From IMG/VR virus record IMGVR_UViG_3300035670_000014, positions 64,001-128,000 of that record: a stretch of DNA of 64,000 bases; one strand, given 5' to 3'. The notes under the pieces are model-generated. The model was not told the DNA's origin. It worked only from the letters and a program-made list of their open reading frames with translations, and ran no database searches. The DNA is from a virus. The translations under genes were made by a program, and so were the position numbers. Positions 47,752 through 57,210 of this stretch are shown piece by piece; positions within the stretch are counted from its first letter, which is position 1, and every line of letters starts with the position of its first letter.

Positions 47752-48540
47752 CTAACTTAAGATTAACACTCGTCTATTCCATCGAGATAAGAAAGGAGTA
47801 GCTTGTTGGTTTTCTTTGTATTCCGTAATAAAGGAATGGGACAAACCATAGCAATCTTGAAGAAAGGACATTACTTCAACCTCCGAAGGAGGGTTGGCTT
47901 TTATATCAAGAATATTAGACTTAAATATAGGTCTTTTTATAAGATACTTATTAACTAAAGTGCCTGACTCAAAGTATGGTTCAAGACTGAATTTGATTGC
48001 ATAAAATGTTGAACAGAAAGCCTGATAAATAATATCAACCTTTTCATCTTTAACTTCATTTTTTAGATCAAATCCTGGTAAAGGAATGACTAAATCTTCA
48101 AAATGAAAAGCTAAATTATCAACTTTATGTACTAAATCATTAGCTTTGATTCCTAAGTGATTATAGAATGAAAGCCTAAGATTCTCAATTGCCAGGTGGG
48201 CATTGTCACTCAGATGCTTTTTAACAGGAGTAATAATGTCACCAGTAACAGATTCTTCTACATCATGAAAGAGGCATTCATCTATAAAATCTTCATAGAT
48301 TACTTGGCCCTTTCTGTTTAAGACAACATTCATTGCACTAAACATCTTAGTAGCAATGAGGTAGCAGAATATACAATGCTGAAGTACACTGTACTCAGCT
48401 CTTTGGCCAGCAAATCTGTTAATTCTACTTAAAGTTGCTTCAATAAGCTCAGGCTCAACTTCTTCAACAAATTTCCTGATTTGACTGTTATCAAATAAAT
48501 CAAAGTGAGAATAGTTGAGACCATTTAGTATAAATGGCAT
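47752..48540 (-). CDS. HD-domain nucleotide hydrolase (YfbR-like)
   Basis: LSRINRFAG, YSVLQH and LFHDVEESVTGDIITPVK. Confidence 0.88.
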   Translation of the reverse strand: MPFILNGLNYSHFDLFDNSQIRKFVEEVEPELIEATLSRINRFAGQRAEYSVLQHCIFCYLIATKMFSAMNVVLNRKGQVIYEDFIDECLFHDVEESVTGDIITPVKKHLSDNAHLAIENLRLSFYNHLGIKANDLVHKVDNLAFHFEDLVIPLPGFDLKNEVKDEKVDIIYQAFCSTFYAIKFSLEPYFESGTLVNKYLIKRPIFKSNILDIKANPPSEVEVMSFLQDCYGLSHSFITEYKENQQATPFLSRWNRRVLILS

Positions 48541-48569
48541 TATCCAGGTCTCCAGGATTGTAGAGTAAG

Positions 48570-49211
48570 TTAAGATTCTTCCATTGAAAGAAACTCTACA
48601 TTATTCATTTTGTGTTTAATTGTAGACTTCAAGTTTGGAAAAACTTCAAGTACCTGATCAATAAGCTGCATTCTGACTTTAGACCTAAGACCAGATGAAT
48701 CAAAGTTAGTAGGCTCCTCAAAGTAAGGAACGCCTTTTCTATCGCACCAAGAGATTAGTTCAATCTTTGGAGTTGAAAGAACAGGCCTGGAAATGCCCAT
48801 AGAATGATTTACAGTGGGCATTAGCTTGGGATTGCCTCCAGAGAATGAAGACATAATCCAAGTTTCTACTTGATCATCCAGGTTGTGAGCAGTATGAACG
48901 TAAGCCATATCATACTGTCTCCTTAGAGCAGAGAAAGCAGAATACCTCTCATTTCTCCAGTATTCGTACCAAGATTCAGATGATTTCTTGGAAGATTGAT
49001 TCTTGGAGCAATGAAGTGTGATCTTGCGATCATTACAATAAGATTCAACTAAATCTTGTAGATAGTTACAAGAATCTGCACCATGATTATGGTGAAAAGC
49101 TATTACTTGTTTCTTTCGAGAAAGAAAATCAAGTAATGCCATTGAATCAGGACCGCCGCTGACAGCAACAAGAACACTATTATTTGGAGTTGGCCGAAGG
49201 AGTTTGATCAC
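48570..49211 (-). CDS. tilS: tRNA(Ile)-lysidine synthetase-like protein (PP-loop catalytic domain only)
   Basis: VAVSGGPDSMALL, RY, TAHNLDDQVET, RPVL, EPTN and RSKVR. Confidence 0.88.
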   Translation of the reverse strand: MIKLLRPTPNNSVLVAVSGGPDSMALLDFLSRKKQVIAFHHNHGADSCNYLQDLVESYCNDRKITLHCSKNQSSKKSSESWYEYWRNERYSAFSALRRQYDMAYVHTAHNLDDQVETWIMSSFSGGNPKLMPTVNHSMGISRPVLSTPKIELISWCDRKGVPYFEEPTNFDSSGLRSKVRMQLIDQVLEVFPNLKSTIKHKMNNVEFLSMEES

Positions 49212-49390
49212 ATCAACACTCTTAGGGTTATAAGATTTAAACTTAAAATAAAGACCCCATAATAAAACATGGCTCTATAAGTTATATGTTTAGGAGTAAA
49301 AAAAATAACAACTAAAGCTGCAAATAACAATACAAAAACGTATAGATTAGTCACAAAGCTAAGCATGATTAATTTCCTAGATACATACAT
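49208..49390 (-). CDS. Small two-TM membrane protein
   Basis: Hydrophobic 60-aa coupled ORF. Confidence 0.45.
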   Translation of the reverse strand: MYVSRKLIMLSFVTNLYVFVLLFAALVVIFFTPKHITYRAMFYYGVFILSLNLITLRVLM

Positions 49391-49749
49391 GACCAGGTTT
49401 GATCATTATTAGAATAGAAGACTCTTCTTATTCCGACGTATCTAAGGGCATTTTCACACATAGAGCAGGGCTTACTGTTGGCAAGTTTATCATTGGAGAC
49501 TAATCTTGCAACGTAAACATCTGCTCCCCTTGTAACTTTAATATCAACGTTTAAGATTAAAGCAAGCTCAGCATGGCATGAAGCAAAGTATTTATTTTCT
49601 CTAAATCTAGCACCAAAGCTTGAAAAGCCAGGTTGATTAAAAGAAGTCTTATATACTTTACCGCCCTTATATAGAGCGGCACCATGGCGCATTCTAAAGT
49701 TAGAATCTAAAGCTGCCAGAGTGGCAGCGCGAATAGGTGCCTTTTTCAT
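49369..49749 (-). CDS. Cytidine/dCMP deaminase-fold protein
   Basis: HGAAL, CHAE, KPCSMC and GIRRVFYS. Confidence 0.85.
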   Translation of the reverse strand: MKKAPIRAATLAALDSNFRMRHGAALYKGGKVYKTSFNQPGFSSFGARFRENKYFASCHAELALILNVDIKVTRGADVYVARLVSNDKLANSKPCSMCENALRYVGIRRVFYSNNDQTWSCMYLGN

Positions 49750-49758
49750 AAGGGTAGT

Positions 49759-50607
49759 TTAATGCATAGAATCTGGTTCAGTATTTGGGCTTTTGACTGA
49801 AGTAGGAGAATTAATCTCCCAATTGTTAGTTAAGCGATCAGAATCCTGAAGCCAAAGTTCGTAGATGTACTCGTTGAGAGACGGGTAGTCAGCACCTTCA
49901 AGATTGAAAATCATACACTTGTAGTAGTAAAACGCATACCTAACAAAAGTCAAAGCAAAGGGAATGAAATCCAAATAATTCCAATACTCAAGCTCAAGCT
50001 CAATGCTTGGTTCATTGTTCTGGAGATTAGGATTATAGGTTCCACCTTCTCTACTATTCAGGATTTCTCTAGATTCTGTTTCTGCGAATTTAAAATACTG
50101 AGAAAGATAAGGAGTAACAATATCGGGAATGTTATAAATGGAAAAATATGTATGGCCATTTCGACTATAGTCTCTTGCAAGGGAGTAAGACAAAGCCAGC
50201 AAGAAGCAAGCATGTCTAGTGTGCAAAACTGGCCTATTGAGATTGTCAATATTACTGATGGTGATTGTATCTTCCTCTTCCTCGGCGTCGAAGAATGTAA
50301 AAGATTCAATTACGCCACTATGCTTGTAGTTGAAAACTACATCGCCCTTATTAAGATTAAGGGCTGCCTGATTTTGTCCCTTAATTCTTGAAGGAGTATC
50401 GTTGGTAGAGCAACGAGACAAAGAAACTAGCTTGCTATTTTCACTATGGGGAGCCATGCAGAAAGTGTAAACATGCTCACCCATGCTTACATATTCCTCA
50501 ATAACACAAGAAGTGTATTCGTACTCAGGAAACAACCTATGCTTCGATGCATAGCGATCAAGTGTACGGGACATTGACAAGAACTCATCATTATTTTTAT
50601 GTGTCAT
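49759..50607 (-). CDS. Hypothetical protein
   Basis: 282-aa ORF. Confidence 0.65.
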   Translation of the reverse strand: MTHKNNDEFLSMSRTLDRYASKHRLFPEYEYTSCVIEEYVSMGEHVYTFCMAPHSENSKLVSLSRCSTNDTPSRIKGQNQAALNLNKGDVVFNYKHSGVIESFTFFDAEEEEDTITISNIDNLNRPVLHTRHACFLLALSYSLARDYSRNGHTYFSIYNIPDIVTPYLSQYFKFAETESREILNSREGGTYNPNLQNNEPSIELELEYWNYLDFIPFALTFVRYAFYYYKCMIFNLEGADYPSLNEYIYELWLQDSDRLTNNWEINSPTSVKSPNTEPDSMH

Positions 50608-50609
50608 TT

Positions 50610-51290
50610 TTACTTACAGGTTAAGAGTACAAAGAAACCAGGAGGAACTTCATTTGGCAAGTAAATATAACTATGCTCATGAAGTATACCTAAAAATAAA
50701 AGTCCGCCAGAGTCTAGTGTATAAGAGCCCTGCATCTCGTCTTCTAAGAAGTATAAATCCACATCAACTAAAGATTTGCCATCTTGAGGAATCCATAGTA
50801 AATATGAATTATGCTGAATAGGCTTCTCATAGGGCTTATCTGGTTTTCTGTCGTGTGAAGCAGGCAAGCTCAGAGTTAGAGCCTTGCAAGATTCAATAAC
50901 TGAGACTGAATAGCAAATATTTCTATTCCCCATCATTCCATCAATGACACCAATAAGTGCCATAAATGGGATTGGAATGGGGTCAAAGTAAGACTCAGAA
51001 GAGAGTGCCCACCAATTAGAAGAGTCAAAATAAAGTTCACTTCCAAAAAATAGGGAGTTAACTTCAAAGTAACTATTATCTGGCAAGGGCCAGTCAATAA
51101 TACTATATTCTAATCTCTCCAAATAAGACTTAAGCCATGATTCCATTTCAAATGGAATGTGGCCTCTATAAAGGTCAAAGGCATACTTCTCAACTTCAAT
51201 GCTTTCATTGTAATCAAAAAGTACATCTTGAAGAGAGAGTGATATTTCTCTATCAGAAAATCTACTTTCTGATTTGATTGGATCCCTCAT
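50610..51290 (-). CDS. Hypothetical protein
   Basis: 226-aa coupled ORF. Confidence 0.65.
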   Translation of the reverse strand: MRDPIKSESRFSDREISLSLQDVLFDYNESIEVEKYAFDLYRGHIPFEMESWLKSYLERLEYSIIDWPLPDNSYFEVNSLFFGSELYFDSSNWWALSSESYFDPIPIPFMALIGVIDGMMGNRNICYSVSVIESCKALTLSLPASHDRKPDKPYEKPIQHNSYLLWIPQDGKSLVDVDLYFLEDEMQGSYTLDSGGLLFLGILHEHSYIYLPNEVPPGFFVLLTCK

Positions 51291-52447
51291 AGTGTAAAGT
51301 ACTCCATCTTTTTGTTTACTTTAAACGAGTCAAAGTTATCAATTATTGACTTAACTTCTTCAGCAAACTTGGCTTTCCTGTAATAGCTTATTGGAATAAT
51401 GGTACATCCAGCACAAGATTGAAAGTCACCTGATAGCAAGTTATACTGCTTCTCTAAGGTTTCCATAAGCAAGTTAGAGTCAATGAAGTATCCTCTATCA
51501 GAATACTTTTTGACTCTTACATGAAAGTTAAGAATATTAGAATGATAAGGATTTATAACTAAAGTTTTCGACTCATTGTCTTCATAGAATGAATCAACGC
51601 AATTGACTTCACCATTGTAATAGTAGGCACTTACACAAGTAAAGTCATAGGTTTCAATCAAGTTATAAGGAGAAAGTATAAGTCTCCTAAGAGGATTTAA
51701 CATGTAATAATGAGTAAAAACTTGCTGTGATGGAGTACGAACTTTAGAAAAGAAATATGAATAAAACACTGAAATTATGTATTCAAGCTTTTCCTCGGGG
51801 AATGGAAGATTGAAAGAATTAATTTTACTGCTAAGAGTAGTAAAAGAAAGATCTCCTATAGGAGTAATTAATGTATCGTCAGTATCTGGGGTCAAATTAG
51901 AAACAGTAAAGAAATAATCAATAGGTTTTTCTGGAGGAAAAATATTCATCAGAGATTTAGAATTAAGTGCTATTACCTGAATGTGTACAGATTCAATTTC
52001 ACTTAAAACAACCTCCAAAGAGATTAGTCCAGAATTTCTAAGTTCCTGATTTCTATTTACACCAGCTGTATCTTCAAAAAAAGTAGAAACAATATAAGTA
52101 TCTACTTTATCTTCAGATTTAGAGTTATTAGAATGAATCTTAAGCTTAGAGTTAGGATATTTCTCAGCAATAAATTCAATCAAGAGCTTAAAAATAAATC
52201 CTCTTCCATTAGGAGTATAAGAGAAGCTTAAGTCCATAATGTATAAGTCCCAGTCATTAACTGGAGTATCATTCCATACGGAAGTTAGACTGCCACCTGA
52301 TAAAGCCAAAGCTGGGTAAGAAGATTCACCTAAAAAATCTTTAAATTTAGAATATTCAATAATAGGATTAACAACTTCAGCGAAGTGTTTATTTTTATTA
52401 AGTTTATCTAACAGAATTTTGTTGTTAGCTTGTTTCTCAAAATACAT
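51287..52447 (-). CDS. Pol-beta-superfamily nucleotidyltransferase-like protein
   Basis: LSGGSL...NDWDLY, IQVI, YDFT and RVKKY..RGY. Confidence 0.7.
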   Translation of the reverse strand: MYFEKQANNKILLDKLNKNKHFAEVVNPIIEYSKFKDFLGESSYPALALSGGSLTSVWNDTPVNDWDLYIMDLSFSYTPNGRGFIFKLLIEFIAEKYPNSKLKIHSNNSKSEDKVDTYIVSTFFEDTAGVNRNQELRNSGLISLEVVLSEIESVHIQVIALNSKSLMNIFPPEKPIDYFFTVSNLTPDTDDTLITPIGDLSFTTLSSKINSFNLPFPEEKLEYIISVFYSYFFSKVRTPSQQVFTHYYMLNPLRRLILSPYNLIETYDFTCVSAYYYNGEVNCVDSFYEDNESKTLVINPYHSNILNFHVRVKKYSDRGYFIDSNLLMETLEKQYNLLSGDFQSCAGCTIIPISYYRKAKFAEEVKSIIDNFDSFKVNKKMEYFTL

Positions 52448-52479
52448 TCAGTTAGTCCTACTATTGATATAGTTTAAAG

Positions 52480-52698
52480 TTAAAGTTTCTTATTTATTTC
52501 AAGGATGTTATCTTGGAGATCAGATATAGCTTGCCATAGCATTTTAATTTCTTCATCAGAAGAGCTCCTATTGCTCATTAGCTGAGGAAACTCAGGAACA
52601 AATACCATTGACACTTCATTCTGGAAGATGCTTTGATAAATCCAGCCGTTGGGAACTTTAAAGCGAGCCAAATATTTGTCTACTTTTTCGTATTCCAT
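52480..52698 (-). CDS. Hypothetical phage protein
   Basis: RFKVPNGWIY...MVFVP; GAGGG RBS. Confidence 0.6.
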   Translation of the reverse strand: MEYEKVDKYLARFKVPNGWIYQSIFQNEVSMVFVPEFPQLMSNRSSSDEEIKMLWQAISDLQDNILEINKKL

Positions 52699-52726
52699 TT
52701 ACCCTCTTAGATTGCGATTGGAGCAA

Positions 52727-52799
52727 TGTATCTGTCGGGACTCGAACCCGAAATCAGTAAATTAAAAGTTTACTGCCTTACCAATTAGGCCACAGATAC
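52727..52799 (-). tRNA. tRNA-Lys(TTT)
   Basis: GTATCTG/CAGATAC, GTAAA-CT TTT AA-TTTAC, TCGGG-TTCGAGT-CCCGA. Confidence 0.92.
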
Positions 52800-52812
52800 A
52801 AATAAAGAAAAA

Positions 52813-52895
52813 TGCCCAGAGCGGGACTCGAACCCGCAAGGCCCTAAGGCCGGGGGATTTTAAGTCCCCTGCGTCTACCATTTCGCCATCCCGGC
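52813..52895 (-). tRNA. tRNA-Leu(TAA) copy 1
   Basis: GGGGA-CT TAA AA-TCCCC, long variable arm and T-arm; G-G mismatch in the acceptor stem. Confidence 0.88.
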
Positions 52896-52926
52896 ATTTA
52901 CCCCAGTGAGCGGGGTGTTCTATCTA

Positions 52927-54084
52927 TCACAAGCGGATGGGCATGACAACTGCCATCTTGTCACCTGATTCATCCTGAAACAGGATCGGTGAAAGGGAAT
53001 TTTCCGCATACATCAAGACCTTATCATACCCCTTCAACGCATCCATCATGTAGTTTACGTTGACGGCGAATTTAGCGGCCTTGTGTTCTGCAAGGTAACC
53101 GCCTTGAATTATGATTTCGTGATCCTGCGTAAATAGGGTGTCTTCGGACACAACGCCGATAGAAATCTTCATTTCGTTATTTTCAGCAACGACACTCACG
53201 CATTTATACTTCTTATCCACTAGCCGCGAAAGGGTCTTGAACGCATCTAAGGCAACCTTTGCTGATCCCGCAAACACAGGAGATTTGTAATAGGGGATTA
53301 CCTGATTATAGTTTGGGAACGACATGGTATCGTCCCCCTTAATACGGATTTCGTACCCGTCAAATCCCGTGAATGAGTTATCGTCCCATATGATAGACGC
53401 ACGGGTACCGTTTTTACGCACCGTGGGATCAAACCGATATTGCGCGTTTTCTATGCCGGAAAACAGATTCCACACGTCCCGTGGAATTAGGTAGGTATCC
53501 GCCGTGTCATCTTCTGATCTGGTAGATGCGTTGGAGGGTGTTATCACCGCGTCTTTTTTTAGGGACTTGAATTCGAGTCAATCGGTGTCCGTCCGTTGAA
53601 ACGAGTGCCATCTTCCCGTTTTTCACTTCTGCCATAACATGCATAAGCGAGGGGAGGGATTCGTCCGCTGACACGTTAGACGCAACACTATCCGCATAAT
53701 TGCGAAAGGCTTTACCCGTATTTATCAGTACGGCGTCCGGTTGATCCACCGACGGAGGAATCTGGAAGTCCAAAGGCGGGATTTCATTCAACTGGTTGTC
53801 AACCGCAGGGGGAAGTAAATTGACTTGGGAAGTCAACGGGGATTTTTGACTCCGAAGCCTAAATCCCGTTTCCGTAGCTTCAATACTGTCAAACCCATTA
53901 GCGCGTAGGGAGTCGTGCAAAATCACCCCTAGAAAATTGGCATTTTCTGGAGCTGGGAGGATGTAGAACGCGGAAAATAATCCCGCATTTACACGAATCA
54001 CAGCCTTGCCCCTTCCGCCTTCACGAGGCATTTTGGGAAGGTGGATTTTTTCGGGATTAGGCTCAATAGGTGCTTTAATTGCAT
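52927..54084 (-). pseudogene. dnaN: Beta sliding clamp (DnaN)-like gene with two frameshifts
   Basis: MQLKHLLSLIPKKSTFP (from 54084), VSTDGHRL (ORF 53507-54031) and FPNYNQVIP...VNVNYMMDAL...VVMPIRL (ORF 52927-53547); 1158 nt in total. Confidence 0.75.
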
Positions 54085-54110
54085 GATTTACCTGTGGGGT
54101 TATGGTTGAT

Positions 54111-54563
54111 TTACCAGAGGACGATCTTGTAAATCGTTTGATTAGTTTGGTAGTCGAATGACTCAGACATCTGAATCATGCCTTCAACACACATGTGTGT
54201 AAGGTATGTGTGTATTTCGCCTTCGCATTCCCTGAATGAGAGATTCCGATCTGCCATTAATTCCCACGGGGTTAGCTTCTTCGCAAGCTCCTCTATTGTC
54301 CCTGACAAGCAGGCAACGCCCGAAATCATTTCCGCGTAATTTTTCGCACGATCCATGATTAGGGTCATGACCTCATCTTCGCGGGGTATCTTGGGATCGT
54401 TAGAACCCGCATAAGGGGGATTAGGGGAGTCAATTAGCTTCACGCTCGCAGGGGATTCGCCGTAGATTTTTGCCAGTTCACGGTACGCCTGTTCGGGTGA
54501 AAGGGCAACCCGCGAGACCTGCCCAAATAGGTTAACTTCGATTACCACTTGCAATATGTCCAT
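54111..54563 (-). CDS. Hypothetical protein (island)
   Basis: 150-aa ORF. Confidence 0.55.
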   Translation of the reverse strand: MDILQVVIEVNLFGQVSRVALSPEQAYRELAKIYGESPASVKLIDSPNPPYAGSNDPKIPREDEVMTLIMDRAKNYAEMISGVACLSGTIEELAKKLTPWELMADRNLSFRECEGEIHTYLTHMCVEGMIQMSESFDYQTNQTIYKIVLW

Positions 54564-54642
54564 GATGATTCTCGGTATTATTTCGGTAGGGTTATTTCGG
54601 TAGGATTCGGATAATCCCGTCGTTACTAACGAAGAGAAAGCC

Positions 54643-54900
54643 GTGGAAAATGCTACTTCGCCGTATCAGGAATTTCAAGGATATTGGTTACAGTATCTGT
54701 TGACCAAACACATCAAAGATAACGTGGTCGAAATTGCCTGCCTGTACGAACTCATGCAGGAGCTGATTTCTAAGCACAAGGGAAATCCGGAATTCGTCGA
54801 TTTCCTTTATCAGATTCCGGGCTATCGGGATCACATGACGTATCTCTACGACGAGCACGGGGATTCGTCCACATATCGGCAGTTTCTACCAATTCGGTAG
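54643..54900 (+). CDS. Hypothetical protein (island)
   Basis: 85-aa ORF convergent with 54909-55214. Confidence 0.5.
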   Translation: MENATSPYQEFQGYWLQYLLTKHIKDNVVEIACLYELMQELISKHKGNPEFVDFLYQIPGYRDHMTYLYDEHGDSSTYRQFLPIR

Positions 54901-54908
54901 AATCGCCC

Positions 54909-55214
54909 CTACACGAATAGGGAACGTAGCGGGTGCTTCGAGTCTAGCAGTGAAGGCAGTCGATCTACCCCTCCTATCTGAATGGCGATTTCACGATTAT
55001 ACATCGCGAGTTCGTGATTTCGATTCTGAGGGTACATGAACCCCATCGCGACGTATGCGAAAACCGACGCGGCTTCTTCCGGAGTCAGATCCGCCGTATA
55101 CTCAAAATTCCCGTCGTCGCCGTCGTTGTTGCTGTCGGCAAGGGGGTCCACAGGCTGCAAAGCCTCTGCGAGAGAAGCTGCGATTGCCGCTGCGAGGTCG
55201 TTCATGTTCATCAT
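54909..55214 (-). CDS. Hypothetical acidic protein (island)
   Basis: 101-aa ORF with AGGA RBS. Confidence 0.55.
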   Translation of the reverse strand: MMNMNDLAAAIAASLAEALQPVDPLADSNNDGDDGNFEYTADLTPEEAASVFAYVAMGFMYPQNRNHELAMYNREIAIQIGGVDRLPSLLDSKHPLRSLFV

Positions 55215-55308
55215 CTTGTTTCCTAGATCAAAGGGCGGAAGTGCCTATCAGATAGACACCGCTTGTGGAAGATCTTACAAGATCCTAATGCAATACCCTA
55301 ATGCGAAG

Positions 55309-55392
55309 TACCGAGAGCGGGACTCGAACCCGCAAGGCCCTAAAGCCAGGGGATTTTAAGTCCCCCTTCTTTACCAGTTTGAACACTCGGGC
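55309..55392 (-). tRNA. tRNA-Leu(TAA) copy 2 (poor acceptor stem; possibly chimeric or a pseudogene)
   Basis: Same anticodon stem-loop and T-arm as copy 1, variable arm differing at 2 nt; acceptor GCCCGAG/TCTCGGT has two mismatches. Confidence 0.7.
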
Positions 55393-55396
55393 GAAA

Positions 55397-55471
55397 TGCA
55401 CTCAGCCGGATTTGAACCGGCAACCACCGAATTATGAGTACGGTGCTCTAACCAGATTGAGCTATGAGTGC
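55397..55471 (-). tRNA. tRNA with CAT anticodon (Ile2 or elongator Met)
   Basis: GCACTCA/TGAGTGC, CT CAT AA, GCCGG-TTCAAAT-CCGGC; lacks initiator features. Confidence 0.88.
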
Positions 55472-55496
55472 AAATTAGCTAAATAAAGCCTAAGAA

Positions 55497-55513
55497 ATTG
55501 CCGGAACGGCAAT
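55497..55513. repeat. ATTGCCG-GAA-CGGCAAT inverted repeat (copy 3)
   Basis: About 25 nt upstream of tRNA(CAT). Confidence 0.8.
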
Positions 55514-55539
55514 CGGATATTGACTTATATAGCCTCTTA

Positions 55540-55890
55540 TTAAAGATACATTTCTTCTTCAAGATCTGTGTTACCGCTACCATTACCATTAGTAGAAAAA
55601 TCCCCAGCACAACGACTAAAGCCACAACCTAGTCCAAATTTGACAAAGCTCCCATAGCCATGGCCTCTACCACTACCATCACCATGAAGATCTATAGATC
55701 CATGACTTGAGCTAATACCAGAACCAAAGCCAGTAAAGAGTGGCTGACCATATTGGTCGCCATTACCATGACCAGTTAGGTAGCCAGATGCCACCCCATG
55801 AGCAACTCCTGGACTTGCACCGCATAGCTTATTAGTGCCAGCTGAATTGCTTAATCCAGCACCATAGCCTGTTTCTGTGTTTTTATACAC
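55540..55890 (-). CDS. Gly-rich (GxG repeat) protein
   Basis: GYG/GHG/GSG repeats; AGGAG RBS before GTG. Confidence 0.7.
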   Translation of the reverse strand: MYKNTETGYGAGLSNSAGTNKLCGASPGVAHGVASGYLTGHGNGDQYGQPLFTGFGSGISSSHGSIDLHGDGSGRGHGYGSFVKFGLGCGFSRCAGDFSTNGNGSGNTDLEEEMYL

Positions 55891-55916
55891 TATAAGCTCC
55901 TTAGGTTATTACTAAT

Positions 55917-56156
55917 TTAGTAATCTTGACTTGAACCAGTGCAGTCCCTGACTCCAGACCCATGAGCAATACCTCCTCCTATTCCTTTCATGTTTGAAGA
56001 TCCAGGAGAAGAACCAAAACCAGCTCCGTAGCCTTTAGCGTTTTCTGTCAGATCATTAGATTGATTAGCACAACCGTAACCAGTACATTTATAATATCCA
56101 TCACCATTTGAAATTCCGCCTCCATAATTAAATGTAATATTTTCAGTATGAGTCAT
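55917..56156 (-). CDS. Gly-rich (GxG repeat) protein
   Basis: Probable start at MTHTEN. Confidence 0.6.
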   Translation of the reverse strand: MTHTENITFNYGGGISNGDGYYKCTGYGCANQSNDLTENAKGYGAGFGSSPGSSNMKGIGGGIAHGSGVRDCTGSSQDY

Positions 56157-56442
56157 ATGTGCCACAAAGAGAGAAAGAGTAAACAGAAGACTTAGTCCTT
56201 TCTGCGTTAGTAGGAAATTGATTACCAAATCCCATTCCAGTTAAGTCTTTATTACCTGGGGATGTTGCCAGACCATCGCCTTCTCCAGTTAAATTAGTTT
56301 CACCAAATCCGTGAGCAATACCATCTCCCAAGCCTATAAATTGATTTAGACAATAATAGTTATCAAGGCTACTAAGTCCAATTCCCTTGCAGTTCTGTGA
56401 ACCATATGAATTGGAATTTTGGAATTCAAAAGTTTCTGTCAT
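56143..56442 (-). CDS. Gly-rich (GxG repeat) protein
   Basis: Probable start at MTETF after AAGGA. Confidence 0.6.
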   Translation of the reverse strand: MTETFEFQNSNSYGSQNCKGIGLSSLDNYYCLNQFIGLGDGIAHGFGETNLTGEGDGLATSPGNKDLTGMGFGNQFPTNAERTKSSVYSFSLCGTYDSY

Positions 56443-56452
56443 GGTATGTCCT

Positions 56453-56914
56453 TCAAAAGATTCGGTCATTAGTTATAGCTGAGCCAGAAAGAGATAAATC
56501 TCCATGTGCCAGGTCGTCACCTCCACCAAAGCCCATAGGAAGTGAAGATTCAAAGCCTGAAGCTTCACCAATACCGTCTCCATAACCATTGAGCATGCCA
56601 TCGCCGGCGGCAAAAGCAATGCCCATACCATAACCTGATATATCAATAAATCCAAATGAAGAGCCATACCCCTTTCCATTTCCTGTGGAAAGGAAGTTTC
56701 CATGGCAATCACTTTCGCCATAAGCGTCACCTGAAGAGTCATCATAGCCATAGCAACCGCTATCGCCATTGCCAAAGCCTAAAGCCTCTTCATCACCTGA
56801 ACTATTGTTGTAACCATTACCAAAGCCGGTAAGGAATTTATTTCCACAGCCAAAAGATGAACCGTATCCGAGGCCATAGCCAAATTCTTTGTTATTATCT
56901 AGAGAATCAACCAT
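56453..56914 (-). CDS. Gly-rich (GxG repeat) protein
   Basis: GYG/GFG/GDG repeats. Confidence 0.7.
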   Translation of the reverse strand: MVDSLDNNKEFGYGLGYGSSFGCGNKFLTGFGNGYNNSSGDEEALGFGNGDSGCYGYDDSSGDAYGESDCHGNFLSTGNGKGYGSSFGFIDISGYGMGIAFAAGDGMLNGYGDGIGEASGFESSLPMGFGGGDDLAHGDLSLSGSAITNDRIF

Positions 56915-56922
56915 AAGTTACA

Positions 56923-57210
56923 TTATTCAGTTTCATAGTCATCAGCGCCTTCACCTTCACCATAGCAGCTACTGTGACCTTTAGCAGAGCTATAGCCACA
57001 ACTAAAGCCATTGGCGTTTTTACTTCCAAAACCACAACTCATGCCACAGCCTGAGCCTTGATAGCCGAAGCCAGCAGCGCCACCTTCGCCTTGAGCAATT
57101 CCATTACAACTGCTATCACCAGATGCATCCGATTTACCATAACCCCAGCCATTATTTTCACAATAGCCGTATTTATAGTCAAGGGAAAGGGTAAATTCAG
57201 ATTCAGTCAT
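56923..57210 (-). CDS. Gly/Cys-rich repeat protein
   Basis: Starts at junction B; ends DDYETE. Confidence 0.7.
   Translation of the reverse strand: MTESEFTLSLDYKYGYCENNGWGYGKSDASGDSSCNGIAQGEGGAAGFGYQGSGCGMSCGFGSKNANGFSCGYSSAKGHSSCYGEGEGADDYETE

Larger units (their letters stand above)
52813..55392. mobile_element. GC-richer island bounded by duplicated tRNA-Leu(TAA) genes
   Basis: About 50-nt near-identical direct repeat (anticodon arm to T-arm) at both ends, with a compositional shift inside; no integrase seen. Confidence 0.55.

Noticed and set aside
47752-48540. DatZ of a 2-aminoadenine (Z-genome) pathway
   Set aside because: No PurZ in the window, and an N6-adenine MTase is present; a generic HD nucleotidase is the simpler call.
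2534-51290. Numerous short ORFs nested in or antisense to long genes (e.g. 2534-2731, 4944-5168, 13144-13386, 27969-28307, 45097-45438)
   Set aside because: They are fully overlapped by well-supported minus-strand genes and show no motifs or RBS.
55301-55486. 61-aa ORF (also 38508-38732 on the plus strand)
   Set aside because: They overlap tRNA genes or the structured non-coding region and are probably spurious.
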